A stretch of 48,563 nucleotides of DNA from Octopus sinensis (lineage: Eukaryota), in the NCBI RefSeq assembly GCF_006345805.1, contig NW_021834440.1, forward strand, positions 1-48,563, read 5' to 3'. Both the position numbers and the translations under genes were made by a program. Position 1 is the first letter of the stretch; each line of letters begins with the position of its first letter. The notes beneath the pieces are model-generated. The model was not told where the DNA came from, searched no databases, and saw only the letters and a program-made list of their open reading frames with translations. Positions 10,561 through 22,774 of this stretch are shown here, one piece after another.

Positions 10561-11424
10561 TAACGGCAGATAGAAGTCGTGTCTTGAGTCCTGCAGGGCA
10601 GGAAGAGCAGTTTTCTGCTGCAAGAGAGAAAGGGGTTTGTTCCTCCTCTGCTCTGCCAAGGCAGCAAGCAGTGAGATCGATTCCATTTAACACACAGTTT
10701 TATAGATTCGATTGGCAGAGAGCATGAAAGGGGTAGGTGGTGCTACCGAGGTCGGTCTGAGGTGTGGTGAGGTCGGGTACGGTTTGGTACTGAACTCGTA
10801 TTTCCACGTATGGGAGATTGGTTGGTAAGGCTGGTTGGTTAGTGGGCTTTTGTGATATTGCAAGGCTGGGTGTATCGAGACGGTGTTGCTGGTCGATTAT
10901 CGATTCCTTGGTTTTGTTTGTTTCTTTGTTTGATTGTTTATTTTTTGTTTTGTTTTTTTTTTCTTCTTTGTGTTTTGTATTTTTTCTTGGGAAGTAGAAG
11001 GAAGCTAACCGCCATGTTTGCACCTCACATTGCATCCGTACCTGCACTCATATACAGTATCCATATACACATGCGCCCTCTCTTTCTCTACCTCTCTCAC
11101 TCTATCTATCTTTCTCTCCCCCTCCCCCCCTCTCTCTCTCTCTCTCTCTCCTGACCTCAAAATATTTGGAAATCGTAAAAAACCTAATAATTACGTTGAT
11201 TTTCGAAATTGCATCACGGCATAAATTACCGCAAATACACTCGGACTCACACGCACAAACACACACATGCATATACATACATATACACATACATTTGTGT
11301 GTGTGCGTGTGTATGTGTGTATGTGTTTATGTGTGTGTGTGCGCGTGCGTGTATGAATTTGTGCATAAGACGGCGGGCGGTGTCTATGTGTGTGCATGTA
11401 TATATATAAGTGCATGTATGTATA

Positions 11425-11462
<38 letters not shown>

Positions 11463-12249
11463 CATACATGCATACATACATACATGCACTTATATATACA
11501 CCTACACACACATACACACATTTTAGTTTAAAGTCAACAGTACATTGGTGATTAAACGCTAATTATCGGCATTTATTAAATGATCCTTGTTTAAACAGGA
11601 AAATTTTAAATTAGCCTAATGCAATTATTGACAGTATCAATACTGCCACCAAAATAAACGTTACCTAATTTAAGAATATTTAATGCATATATATTTTTTT
11701 TTCCCAATGAAATGCAATTTGTGCATCGACGGTAAAGAAGAATGCAATAACGTGACACTACTTCTTTGTCGGTTAACCGAAATTCCTCGTAAGAGAAACT
11801 CGTCTACGCGACATTGATTTATAAGATTGATAATCAGATTATCAGTAATTTTTTCCCCATTATTTATCTTTATAATCATACAATTTACTCTATTTCCTTT
11901 GTTTTAGAGATTTCTATCGGTTTTAAATCCAAGTATTTTGCTAGCAACTGCGGTACATTTTCTTTCGTTTATCACTGATCTTTTCGTCACAGATCTGGGA
12001 TAACACGGTTCGCACTATTTTTATTACAGAGAAAAGTCTATAACAGTGGTTCCTTTTCCATCGTCTTACCCCACAAGACTTTCCAGGGTATTACCGTGGC
12101 CCCTATAATATATAATTTTGTAATGGTCTTGGAAAGCAAAGTGGGTCTCATAGATCAGAAGCGAGGCACATAGTCATGATAGCGCTAGCAGCTGAAATAC
12201 ATGACACTGTAATACAATACTTTGGAAGGAAGCTTTTTTACCATACACC

Positions 12250-12340
12250 CAGCGGCTCTTAACCTGGGGTCATTTGCGATTTCTCGCGGCGGAGGTGAGG
12301 GTCATGGAGGGTTTGGGAGAAAATTATTTATTTCCTGTAT
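12250..12340 (+). mobile_element. hAT/Charlie-like MITE terminus
   Basis: cagcggctcttaacctggggtc resembles the Charlie-type TIR; compare 44985-45001. Confidence 0.4.
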
Positions 12341-12599
12341 TTGAGGTATAGCATTGCAGCTGCATTACTGTATTGCAGTGTCGTGCATTGCAGCTTCTAG
12401 TGGTAACATGACTATGTGCATTGTTCCTGCTCTGTGACACCCATAGCACTTTGCGTTCGTCGAACGGGAACGTGAAACAGCTTTTGTGATGTCTTTGATA
12501 AGGCATATTACTCTACCTCCGGTATTCGAGTACTATTTTTCCCACCTTGTCGCACGTTTATGTGCTTGCTCTTAATATTGTGCCGAAACGGATCAAAGG

Positions 12600-12680
12600 A
12601 TCTCGCTACATTTAAACAGAATCTGGAAAAATTTCCTCAAGGAATACTAGATAAGTCACCTATACCTGGATACAGGCAGA
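12600..12680 (+). mobile_element. CR1/L2-like LINE ORF2 C-terminal fragment
   Basis: Translates FKQNLEKFPQGILDKSPIPGY, similar to the FKxxLDKFLxxIPDxPxxPGY C-terminus. Confidence 0.45.
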
Positions 12681-13204
12681 AATTGAATTCACCTCAATGG
12701 ACGTCATTGATTGGTTGAAATGCAAGAAATTAAAAAACAAATAGCTTACAAACTACAGAATTTTCTCAAGAAAGCCCAGAGAAAAAGATGTTTTATAAAC
12801 ACATTCTACCAGCATACAAAGTTTAAAAGTGTTTAGTTACAAAGAAATTATTTTAAAAATCTGCCGGTCAAAGCGAAAAGATCCGGTTGATGTAATCGTC
12901 TTGATCCCTTACTTGAAAATGCTGGCCTTATGACAAAATTTGAAGTAACTACGCTCTTTGCAAATATTTTCTTAAATTAAGTGACGTTCATTACTATAGT
13001 TTTATTAATGCAGTCAGTAATTGCAATATGCTAATTAAATTTTATTAATTTATTTAATCATTTCTTTTGCTAAATTATTTACGTCAACTAAAAAGAGTAA
13101 AAAAGCTAAAATAGTAAACAAGACAAAGCTGTTTTATAGGTTGAATCGCAGTTAAATAAACACAAGTAATTAACATTTATTTATCACTTTAAACTAATTA
13201 ACAA

Positions 13205-13317
13205 TCATGTATATACATACGTTTAAACACACATATATACATACTTATATGTAGACACATATATATACACATTTAAATATATATATATATGTGTGTGTGT
13301 GTGCGTGTGTGTGTATG

Positions 13318-13392
<75 letters not shown>

Positions 13393-13520
13393 TTAAATAT
13401 ATATATATATGTGTGTGTGTGTGCGTGTGTGTGTATGTATATATATATATGTATTATATATATATATATTATTGTGTGTGTGTATATATATATATATGTA
13501 TATATATGTATATATATATG

Positions 13521-13564
<44 letters not shown>

Positions 13565-13620
13565 ATATACATTTAAATATATGTTTGTGCGTAGGTATAT
13601 ATGTACCTATGTATGTAAGG
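13205..13620. repeat. (TA)n/(TG)n tract with a ~120-bp internal duplication
   Basis: atttaaatatatatatatatgtgtgtgtgtgtgcgtgtg repeats at ~13271 and ~13391. Confidence 0.8.
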
Positions 13621-14429
13621 CGGTGCCCCAGCATCGTCACAATCTAATGACTGTAACATGTAAAAGATATATTTGTGTGTGTCTGTCTGTTTATCCGTCT
13701 GTCTTTCTCTGTGTGTATGTGTTTGTGTATACTTTGTTTTATACTTACATAGACACGTAAATAAAATATTTAATTTGAAATTAGATTAAATAGAACACAT
13801 TATTCATTTACATATCTTCAATAAATATATGTTACAAGGAAAAAATTATACTATTTATCTATCAATTACAATATTACTGTCATTCAATGATAATGGATCG
13901 CGAAATTTTCGCTTTAGCTATATATATCTTCATTATACAACTTAAATATTCGAATCATTCAAATAACATCAAACTCTTCATTTCCATTTTTATTTTTTCC
14001 TTCAAAACATTACTTATTTTCACCAACGATTTAGTTGCAATTATTTCCTCATTTGTCACTTATTCTTCGATTGACTAAATCTTACTAAAATTGCCTGGAA
14101 AATTATGGAACCAAACATGCAGATTACTGATATATTTAGTTTGTATGGAAATATCAATTTTAATTTTATAAACTTTACAACAAACCAATAAAAACTGTAA
14201 GGATTATTTCTATTATTGAATTTGTTGTATTCCGTTTGCTATAGAAATTGCATTGTTGTTATAATTTACGTAAATATTTCTTAAGTGAATATTTGGATAA
14301 TAACCTTTTTTTTATGTATAGCTTTTGACATTAGAATAGTTATAAGACAGGACTTACGTCGAGAGATAGATTACAGGATATTAGGATATATCGATGACAG
14401 ACAGATGGTTAATATATTTTGTTACGCAC

Positions 14430-16260
14430 AGGCGGTATTTCGTCTGCCGTTACGTTCTGATTTCAAATTCCGCCGAAGTAGACTTTGCCTTTCTTTCATT
14501 TGGGTCGATTAAATAAATTCCAGTTACGCACTAGAGTCGATGTAATCGACTTAATCTCTTTGTATGTCCTTGTTTGTCCCCTCTATGTAGGCAATAAAGA
14601 AATAAATATATTTTTTTACGAACAGGCGGCGAGTTGGCTGAGACGTTAGCTTGCTGGGCGAAATATTTAGCGGTATCTCGTCTGCCGTTACGTTCTGAGT
14701 TGAAATTCCATCGAGATCGACTTTGCCTTTCATCCTTTCGGGATCGATAAATTAATTACCAGTTATGTACTGGGGTCGATCTAATCGACTGGCCTCTCCC
14801 CAAAAATATCGGGCCTCGTGCCTAAAGTAGGAAAGAAAATACTAGATTTTACGTTCTGAGTTCAAATTTCGCTGAGGTCGACTTTGACTTTCATCCTTTC
14901 AGGGCCGTTAAATTAAGTATCAGTTACGCACTGGGGTCGATGTAATCAAGTTAATCCCTTTGTCTATCCTTTTTTGTCTGTTCTTTTTTGTCTCCTCTAT
15001 GCCCTTTTTTGTCTCCTCTATTGCCCTTGTGGGCAATAAAGAAGTAAGAAACGTTAGCACGCCGGGCGAAATGAGTTCAAATTCTGCCGAGGTCGACTTT
15101 GCCTTTCATCCTTTCGGGGTCGATAAATTAAGTACCAGTTACGCACTGGGATCGATATAATCGACTTAATCTGTTTGTCTGTCCTTGTTTGTCCCCTCTG
15201 TGTGTAGCCCCTTGTAGGCAGTAAAGAAATAGGTATTTCGTCTGTCATTACGTTCTGAGTTCAAAATCTGCCGAGGTCAACTTTGCGTTTCATCCTTTCG
15301 GGATTGATAAATTAAGTACCAGTTACGTACTGGGTCCATGTAATAGACTCGTCCCCTCCCCCAAAATTTCGGGCCATGTACCTAGAGTAGAAAAGGATAA
15401 TTAAGTCCTAGTTGAACACTAAGGTTGATCTAATCGACTAGCTCTGTCCCACCCCCAGAATTCCGTATAGTAGAAAGGATTGTCCTTTCGGGATCGATAA
15501 AATAGAATATTAATCAAGAACTGGGGTCGAAGTAGTCGATTTGCCGTCATCTCACAATTGCAGACCCTGTGCAAAACATGGGGAACATCCCCCTTCAAGG
15601 TAACTATGTAAATCTTACTTACCCTCCTCTGCCGTAATCAAATAACCAGTGGTGCAAAAACAGAATCATTAGCGCGACCGACAAAATGTTTGATGGCATT
15701 TCTTCTAGCTCAACGTTCTGAGTTCAAATTCCACCGAGGTCATCTTTGCTTTTCATTCTTTCGAGGTCGATAAAGTAGAGAACCAATCAAGTATTGGGGT
15801 TCATATAATCGATCAGTCCACGACACAAAATTTCATCCCTTGTACCTTTAGTAGAAAGAATTGTCATTAATATAAAAGGGCAACTCCGTTCATATTCCGC
15901 CGGGGTCGACTTTGCCTTCCATCCAATCGAGATCGATAAATTAAGTGGTACCTGTGAACCACTGGGGTCGATTGTAATCGACTAGTCACCTTCACCAAAA
16001 TTTCAGGTCTTTTGCCTTTAATAGATAGCATTATTATAAAAGGCAGCGAGCTAGTAGTATTGTTAGCGCGTCAAACAAAACGCTTAAACGCATGTTTTCC
16101 GATTCTTTACTTTCTGAGTTTAAATCTTGCCAAAGTTAACTTTGCATTTCGTCCTTTAGGGGTCGATAGAAGAAAATACCAATGAAAGACTGGGGTCGTT
16201 GTAGTCGATTTTCCCCTCATCTCACAATTGCAGACCCTGAGCAAAACATGGGGAACATCC
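14430..16260 (+). mobile_element. Array of about ten same-orientation SINE A units of mixed age
   Basis: Repeated ttacgttctgagttcaaattc..gtcgactttgcctttcatcc..ctggggtcgat motifs; young units at 14430-15395, divergent units at 15400-16260. Confidence 0.85.
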
Positions 16261-16344
16261 TCCTTCAAGGTAACTAAGTAAATCTTACTTACCCACCCGA
16301 TTTACCTCTGCCATTTACACCGATGACGTTATCAAATAACCACA

Positions 16345-16730
16345 GGAGTGGCTGTGTGGTAAGTAGCTTGCTTACCAACCACATAGTTCCGGGTTCAGTC
16401 CCACTGCGTGGCACCTTGGGCAAGTGTCTTCTACTATAGCCTCGGGCCGACCAAAGCTTTGTGAGTGGATTTGGTAGACGGAAACTGAAGGAAGCCCGTC
16501 GTATATATGTATATGCATATATGTGTGTGTCTGTGTTTGTCCCCCCCAACATCGCATGAGAACCGATGCTGGTGTGTTTCCGTAACTTAGCGGTTCGACA
16601 AAAGAGACCGATAAAATAAGTACTAGGCTTACAAAGAATAAGTCCTGGGGTCGATTTGATCGACTAAAGGCGGTGCTCCAGTATGACCGCAGTCAAGTGA
16701 CTGAAACAAGTAAAAGAGTAAAAATAGAAA
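16345..16730 (+). mobile_element. SINE family B, near full length
   Basis: A box tggctgtgtgg, B box ggttcagtccc, internal (TA)/(TG), 3' end gactgaaacaagtaaaagag. Confidence 0.9.
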
Positions 16731-16854
16731 AGAGAGAGTAGCGCCACCTATCCACGCAGCCAAATGCCAAACTGTTTTTTTTCCAATGGTGTCCTAACTG
16801 TCCAGTTTTTATCGAATGCAGTGTTTTCTAAATGTAGCTTTAAGTATTTTATCT

Positions 16855-17300
16855 CCGTACTCAAGGAAGATATAAACTTATTTTCACTGTGGAAAGTATC
16901 GCATATCCAATTTCTTCAAACAGCACTTGAAGGTTTTTCAGCGAGAAAATATGAAATGAATGAAATGTTGTGTGATTGGAAGAAAAGTGAAGCCTCACTG
17001 AAGAAGATTCAAAGGAAGAAATTGGGCTGAACGAATCGACATCTATCATTCGCCTGAATTGTAAAATTACTTAGAAAGTTAGATCAATGGAAACCACCAA
17101 ATTTATTATGCAGTTACCTGAACTATCATACGTACTCAAGAACTAAGGAGTGCAAAAATATATCCAAGTGTTCGCTAAGCCTTCAAAGGAACAGCAAACC
17201 GGTTCTCGCTTCATGGAAATGAAAGATTTGATATTGCGACAGAAGGCAAGAATTACGCAGAAGCTGAAACTGCTGGCGGGCATTGAAGTAAAAGCCAAAA
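16855..17300 (+). pseudogene. Decayed pogo/Tigger-type transposase N-terminus (Brinker-like HTH plus CENP-B HTH)
   Basis: SARKYEMNEMLCDWKKSEASLKK...[26 protein letters not shown] across frameshifts and stops. Confidence 0.55.
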
Positions 17301-17324
17301 TAACCTTAGATGGATAGATGGAGA

Positions 17325-17411
17325 GAGAGAGAGAGAGAAATAGTTAGATAAATAGATTGATAGATATTGAGAGAAAAGGTGAGAGAGATATATAGATAGA
17401 GAGAGAGAGAA

Positions 17412-17486
<75 letters not shown>

Positions 17487-17575
17487 GATAGATAGATAGA
17501 TATAGATAGATAGATGGATATAATATATAATACATACACATACACAGAAGTGTGTGTGTATGTATCTTGTATATA

Positions 17576-17617
<42 letters not shown>

Positions 17618-17670
17618 TATATATGATTGCGCGGGCGCATGTGTGTGTGTATGTGTGCGTGCGTGTGTGT
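17325..17670. repeat. (GA)n/(GATA)n/(TA)n microsatellites
   Basis: Direct inspection. Confidence 0.9.
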
Positions 17671-17714
17671 TCCCCTTTATAACATAATTTATTGCCTCAA
17701 ATTTACCCTTCCGA

Positions 17715-17965
17715 CTCATTATAAGTTGGACAGTGTGGCCGCCGTCTAGCCGACAGATTTACGAGATATCCGCCTCCTGAAAAATGCGCCCATCACCTGT
17801 CACTTCTGCTTGACCAACCACTCCACCGAACAACTCACTGCCTTCGGCCTGACCTTACACCTTTGAAACACCGCTACCAGACTCCGCCAAGATCAGTGAT
17901 ACATTTTCAGACACCGAATTCATTCACCGATTAGGCCTAAACTCCAACGCCCACTTGTAGATACT
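17715..17965 (+). mobile_element. Penelope-like element GIY-YIG endonuclease C-terminal relic
   Basis: GQCGRRLADRF (from 17728)...PITCHFCLTNHS..LTAFGL..RQDQ*YIF..GLN, matching the PLE YIGQTGRxLxxRFxEH..P(V/I)xxHF..GLN pattern. Confidence 0.65.
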
Positions 17966-18051
17966 TCCGGCTTACTTTTCCCTCTTATCCCCTTTCCTCT
18001 GCTGTCCTCTTTTTCAATCCTACACACACTTCCACACATTCATTCATTTAT

Positions 18052-18971
18052 TCTTTTACTTGTTTCATTCATTGCCATGTTGTCGAACAAATCAACCCTA
18101 GGACATATTCTTTGTAAACCTAGTACTTATTCTATCGGCTCTTTTTTTGCGGGGAGATAAACACACCAACATCGTTTGTCAAGCGTTGGTAGTGAGACAA
18201 ACACAGACACACAAATACACACATATATATATATATATAATATATATATATATTATATATATATATATATATATAATCAAAATAAGCAACAAGTATATCC
18301 AAGGTAGAGTAGTACAATTGTTTCATGCTACTTCATTTTATTAAACACTGTAAGTATTACATCAGTTTTAAAATGTCGAACAATCTTCAGCCACTTATAG
18401 AATTTTCCAATCAAACGTATAATGCACATTCTTATCCATATTTCATTTGCCAACATTATAAAGAGGGTAGATATATAGATAGAGAGGTTGATTTCATTCT
18501 TAAGAACATGATAGTAGTATAGCCACTCTCTGACTGTAGATTTTATCATTTAGTTCTTTAGATCTGTCAGTAGGGAGGGGATTTTATTTTTGGTTGGATG
18601 GAGACAAAGAATATTTTCTATTTATAGATATAGGAAGGAGTAGTACAAATGTCAAAAACCATAAACCCATTCCTATTTTAGATATATTTAAATGTATTAT
18701 AGCAAAAAGCTAGTAGGTTGAAGTTAGAGGGGTAGGGGGAACATAGACTCCTAGTGCTCTAGATGCTTTCAATGCATCTAGAGCACTGGAGATATATATA
18801 TATATATATATATATGAGGGGCTTCTTTCAGTTTCCGCCTACCATATCCGTTCACAAGGTTTGGCCGGCTCGAGGCTATATTAGGTGACAGCAGTCCAAG
18901 GTGCCACGCAGTGGGACTGAACCAGGAACCATGTGGATGGGAAGCATGCTTCTTACCACACAGCCACTCCT
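18052..18971 (-). mobile_element. SINE B interrupted in its (TA)n by a ~500-bp insert
   Basis: 3' half at 18052-18230 and 5' half at ~18795-18971, collinear and on the same strand. Confidence 0.75.
18275..18790 (-). mobile_element. Possible Penelope-like 3' fragment inserted in (TA)n
   Basis: Flanked by (TA)n; minus strand carries a degenerate ctgatg...gaaacaattgta hammerhead-like motif. Confidence 0.35.
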
Positions 18972-18984
18972 GCATACACATTTA

Positions 18985-19106
18985 TATTGTCCTCATCTTC
19001 TTTCTTGTTAACACAACGTTTCGGCTGATATACCCTCCAGCCTTCTTCAAGTGTCATGTGGAAATTTCGAACCTGGGTTCTCATTCCTAAGAAATTTTTC
19101 GATGTA

Positions 19107-19152
<46 letters not shown>

Positions 19153-19221
19153 TATTATTATTATTATTATTGTCACTACGCTATATGTCCACCACGCCAC
19201 TTAACCACTACGCCATATGCC
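18985..19221 (-). mobile_element. SINE family D, inverted arm
   Basis: 18985-19105 is the reverse complement of 19345-19465, followed by (TTA)n and rearranged head fragments. Confidence 0.8.
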
Positions 19222-19224
19222 CAC

Positions 19225-19281
19225 GTGCATATGGCGTAGTGGTTAAGAGCGCGGGCTACTAACCCCGAGATTCCGAGTTCG

Positions 19282-19314
<33 letters not shown>

Positions 19315-19505
19315 TAATAATAATAATAATAATAATAATAGTAACATCGAAAAATACCTTAGGAATGAGAACCCAGGTTCGAAATTTCCCCCAAGACACC
19401 TGAAGAAGGCTAGAGGGTATATCAGCCGAAATGTTGTGTTAACAACAAACAAGATGAGGACAAATATCTGTCGAATGTAAATAATGTAAATAATGCAAAT
19501 AATGT
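19225..19505 (+). mobile_element. SINE family D: tRNA-like head, (TAA)n, hammerhead-bearing tail, (ATGTAAATA)n
   Basis: A box tggcgtagtgg at 19232, B box gagttcga at 19275, tail aacatcgaaaaatacctt...ctgaagaaggct..agccgaaa. Confidence 0.8.
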
Positions 19506-20204
19506 TCATTACTGTTGTATTAAGTTGCCCAGCTGATGAAACCTAATCTAATCAATGTCTATTTTCCAACGAAAAATGATATGCCGAATATTAAGTTCCA
19601 TCACGTGTTTTTGTTTACCTTTAATTAAAAAGGTTCGGTGGAGAGTACTGGAGACTATTTATGGATTAAAAATCTGTCAGAAAGTCTCTTGGACGAAACA
19701 AGACATTAACTGTTGTAATTACAAAGGAATTAATGCCAATTCGTCAGCGTCACTAAGTAAGCCTAAATAAACAATAATTTGGTTGATGAAGAAAATATTC
19801 CGCAAAACGTGATAATGCGCATGCTCCACAACTGGATATATTGTGCGGTTTTGTGATAAAGATTTTGAACGGCGTTCATGTAGAAACTGTCATAAAATCA
19901 TGGAAGAAATTTTAAAATTTCAAATACAATAAATAGGAAAGAAGATTATTTCTTATGGCAAGAAAATAACGAAGGGAAAAGTAACGAAAATTCCAAAGAA
20001 AATAATGGCAGCTTCCATTGTTTCTGATCCGTATGCCGTTCGCTTTATTGCATAGCAAGCATCCAATTTGTATTGACGTTTCAACTGCATTCTGCAGACA
20101 AGTCAGCTATGACAAACAGTGTTGAATAGGATGCGTTCGAGTTGTCGTTACAGCTGCCTCATTCAATATGCATATAAATATTGTTCGATCAGGAATAATA
20201 CTTA

Positions 20205-20642
20205 CCGTAAATCCTCGAGTATAATCCGCATTTTTTTTCCCAAAATTTAAAGGTCAAAATCCCCTAGTGCGTACTATATACGAAGTATTAAATGATAATT
20301 ATTTTCTAAGCAATATCCGAGTCTCTATTTGCTGTCCTGCAATGTTTATTCAGACACATTTTGTGATGTCGGGCGCGAAAATAACCTTAAGCTAAGCCTG
20401 AAAGCAATGAAGCTATAAAAGAATCATCCATAACTTGCAGTAAGCAACATTTATTAAACGTTATTACTGTTATTACTGTTATTTCTTTATTTTCTGCAAA
20501 ATGCATAAAAAAGCTACACGTTTGCGTTATATTATATGTACAATAATATGAAAGGACGTTACCGTATACATTTTTACAAACCAAGGACGTTATATAGACC
20601 TCCTTGACTCATGTTAGAGAAGGGGTGCGTATTATACACAAG
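20205..20642 (+). mobile_element. Tc1/mariner-pogo-like MITE with truncated right end
   Basis: ta|ccgtaaatcctcgagtataatccgca at left; partial inverted match gtgcgtattatacacaag at 20625-20642. Confidence 0.55.
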
Positions 20643-22024
20643 ACCTAATTAACGATCTAATTAAATATTTCTTATTGTCTTCCAATACTTGGGATGTTTC
20701 TTAATTTCTTCATTCCACGTCAACTGGGTCAACTGGGCCTGATACATGTTTCTATGTTGCTCTCATTACGTTGCTTGAAAACCAGTGTTTCTGTGTGTTT
20801 CCTCTTAATTAGTGTATAGTGATTAGTAGAAAATGCTTCTTCAATTATAAATCCATACCTAAAATGGTTCTTAAGTGATATGAATAGATTCAGTTGGGTT
20901 TAGTGAACAATTCTCCGAAGAAATTTACGTTGTAGCAGAAAGTGTAATTAATTCCTAATTAAGTGTCTAATTAAAACTTCTTAATTTGTTTTTCCATAAT
21001 CGTTTTTTTTTCTTTTAAGTATCACTTGTGTCTATGGAGTAATATTCAATGTGATTCACTACTGGAGCTTAAAGTCTAATTAAATTAGCTATTTACGCAA
21101 GTTGATTATTTCATAGTTAATTAATCCATACCTAAGCATACTTAAGAATCACGTTTCATGGTATTAGGACCATTTGTACACATATTGTGCCCAGACAGTA
21201 TTTGGAGCTTCAAGTCTAATCAAATCAGGACTGGCTCTCGGTCTAAATGAACATCTAGCACCACAAACAACATAACATATACTTCTCATATGTGTCTCCA
21301 GCAACATATTGCTCATTGATAATTAGGTGGCTGGCAGATAACTTTTTGAGTTTTTGAGTATCTTCATCATTTGATGATACAGAACCTAAATTCTCTGCAT
21401 ATATTATACATGAGAATAAGTAAACTAAGAGTAAATATACAAATCTGGATACACAAACATGAAATATAGTATAACTACTTATGGTGCATTTGGCCTGGTT
21501 TTATACGACCCTAGCAACCTTGGTCAATTATACTTCCATTATCAACAATTTACCAACTTCATCTTCATTTACACTTTTAACGTAACTTTTATATCAGCCC
21601 CATCTTTACCATTATTGCGATTATTATAATCACCATCGTCTTCATTTACACCTTCATAAGAACTTTCATTACATCGTTCGTCACCATTATTTTTATTAAC
21701 ATGATTATCTTTAGAATCTTCATTACTATTAATATTATTATAACTCCTCTACGTCATTCTCCACCAGCAGTTTCGACATTCTCAGACCCATTATTAACAT
21801 TATCAACAATCCAACCATAGCAATTATACAATAATAACACTAATATCTTAATTATGGTAATATTAATATTATTAATCATTTAATGATATTATAGATGAGA
21901 TTATCCTGATCATTTCAATTATAATCACTGCGGTTGTTGTCATAAAAGTTAAGATTGTTATTAATAATAGTATTTGCAGTAATTTATATTGTTATTATCG
22001 TCATTATTATTATTATTATTATTA

Positions 22025-22055
<31 letters not shown>

Positions 22056-22080
22056 TTATTATTATTATTATTATTATTAT

Positions 22081-22745
22081 TGCCTTTGCACAGCTTCTAA
22101 CTCTGGAGATGTTGTACAGTGTCAGCTGTTCACTACCAGTGAACTAAGGTAATACCTCTTAGTTTTCGAGCACCTTCCGGAGTATTCGAGCAGTTCCAAG
22201 CAGTGCTGTTTTCTGCAAGTGCTCCACCCTTATTGCAGCCTCTGTTTGTTCCACGTACATCTCGAGATCTTTGATCATTGTTCCCAGGACTCCGACAATT
22301 ATTGGTACTACTGCTACCTTTTTCATCGACCACAACAGCTTAACTTCCCAAGCTAACCTATCATATCTCTCAACTTTTCATTCTTCCTTATCGCATACCT
22401 TGTTGTCAGCTGGGCAAGCTATAGCTATGATTCAGCATAGGTTGTTTTCTTTCTCAATTAAGACTGTCTGGCTTTCTATTCTCTATCTCATGGTCGAACT
22501 GAATCATAAAATCCCATAGGATCTTTGCATTTCTATTTTCGACGATGCCTTCAGGTTTGTGGTCGTACCAATTTTTTGCTTTGTCAAGTCCATACTTGCT
22601 GCAAAGTGTCCAATAGACAAGCCTGGCTATATTGTCGTGGCGTCTCTTATATTCCTTCTGGGCTAGTGTCGTACATTGGCTGGTAATATGCCATACGGTT
22701 TCACCGTTTTGTCCACACATTCTGCAATTATCACTTTCTGATGTG
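22081..22745 (-). mobile_element. R4/Dong-clade RLE LINE, 5'-truncated, inserted in (TAA)n
   Basis: CRMCGQNGETVWHITSQC (CCHC), RHD, ILWDF, RKPD...IACPAD...EKVERY RLE motifs, VPIIVGVLG; (TTA)n on both flanks. Confidence 0.9.
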
Positions 22746-22774
22746 TTATTATTATTATTATCATTATTATTATT

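Noticed and set aside
10156-10693. Three overlapping 139-176 aa ORFs
   Set aside because: Products of trinucleotide repeats open in all frames.
19227-19282. Possible tRNA gene (also the SINE A/B/C heads)
   Set aside because: No proper acceptor stem, and attached to repeat bodies, so these are SINE heads.
19535-19545. ctgatgaaac hammerhead-like word (also ctgacgag at 6780)
   Set aside because: No stem II or correctly placed GAAA.
20645-21230. Short internal repeats (aatccatacctaa, tggagctt.aagtctaat)
   Set aside because: Probably an old repeat, but no termini or coding signal to classify it.
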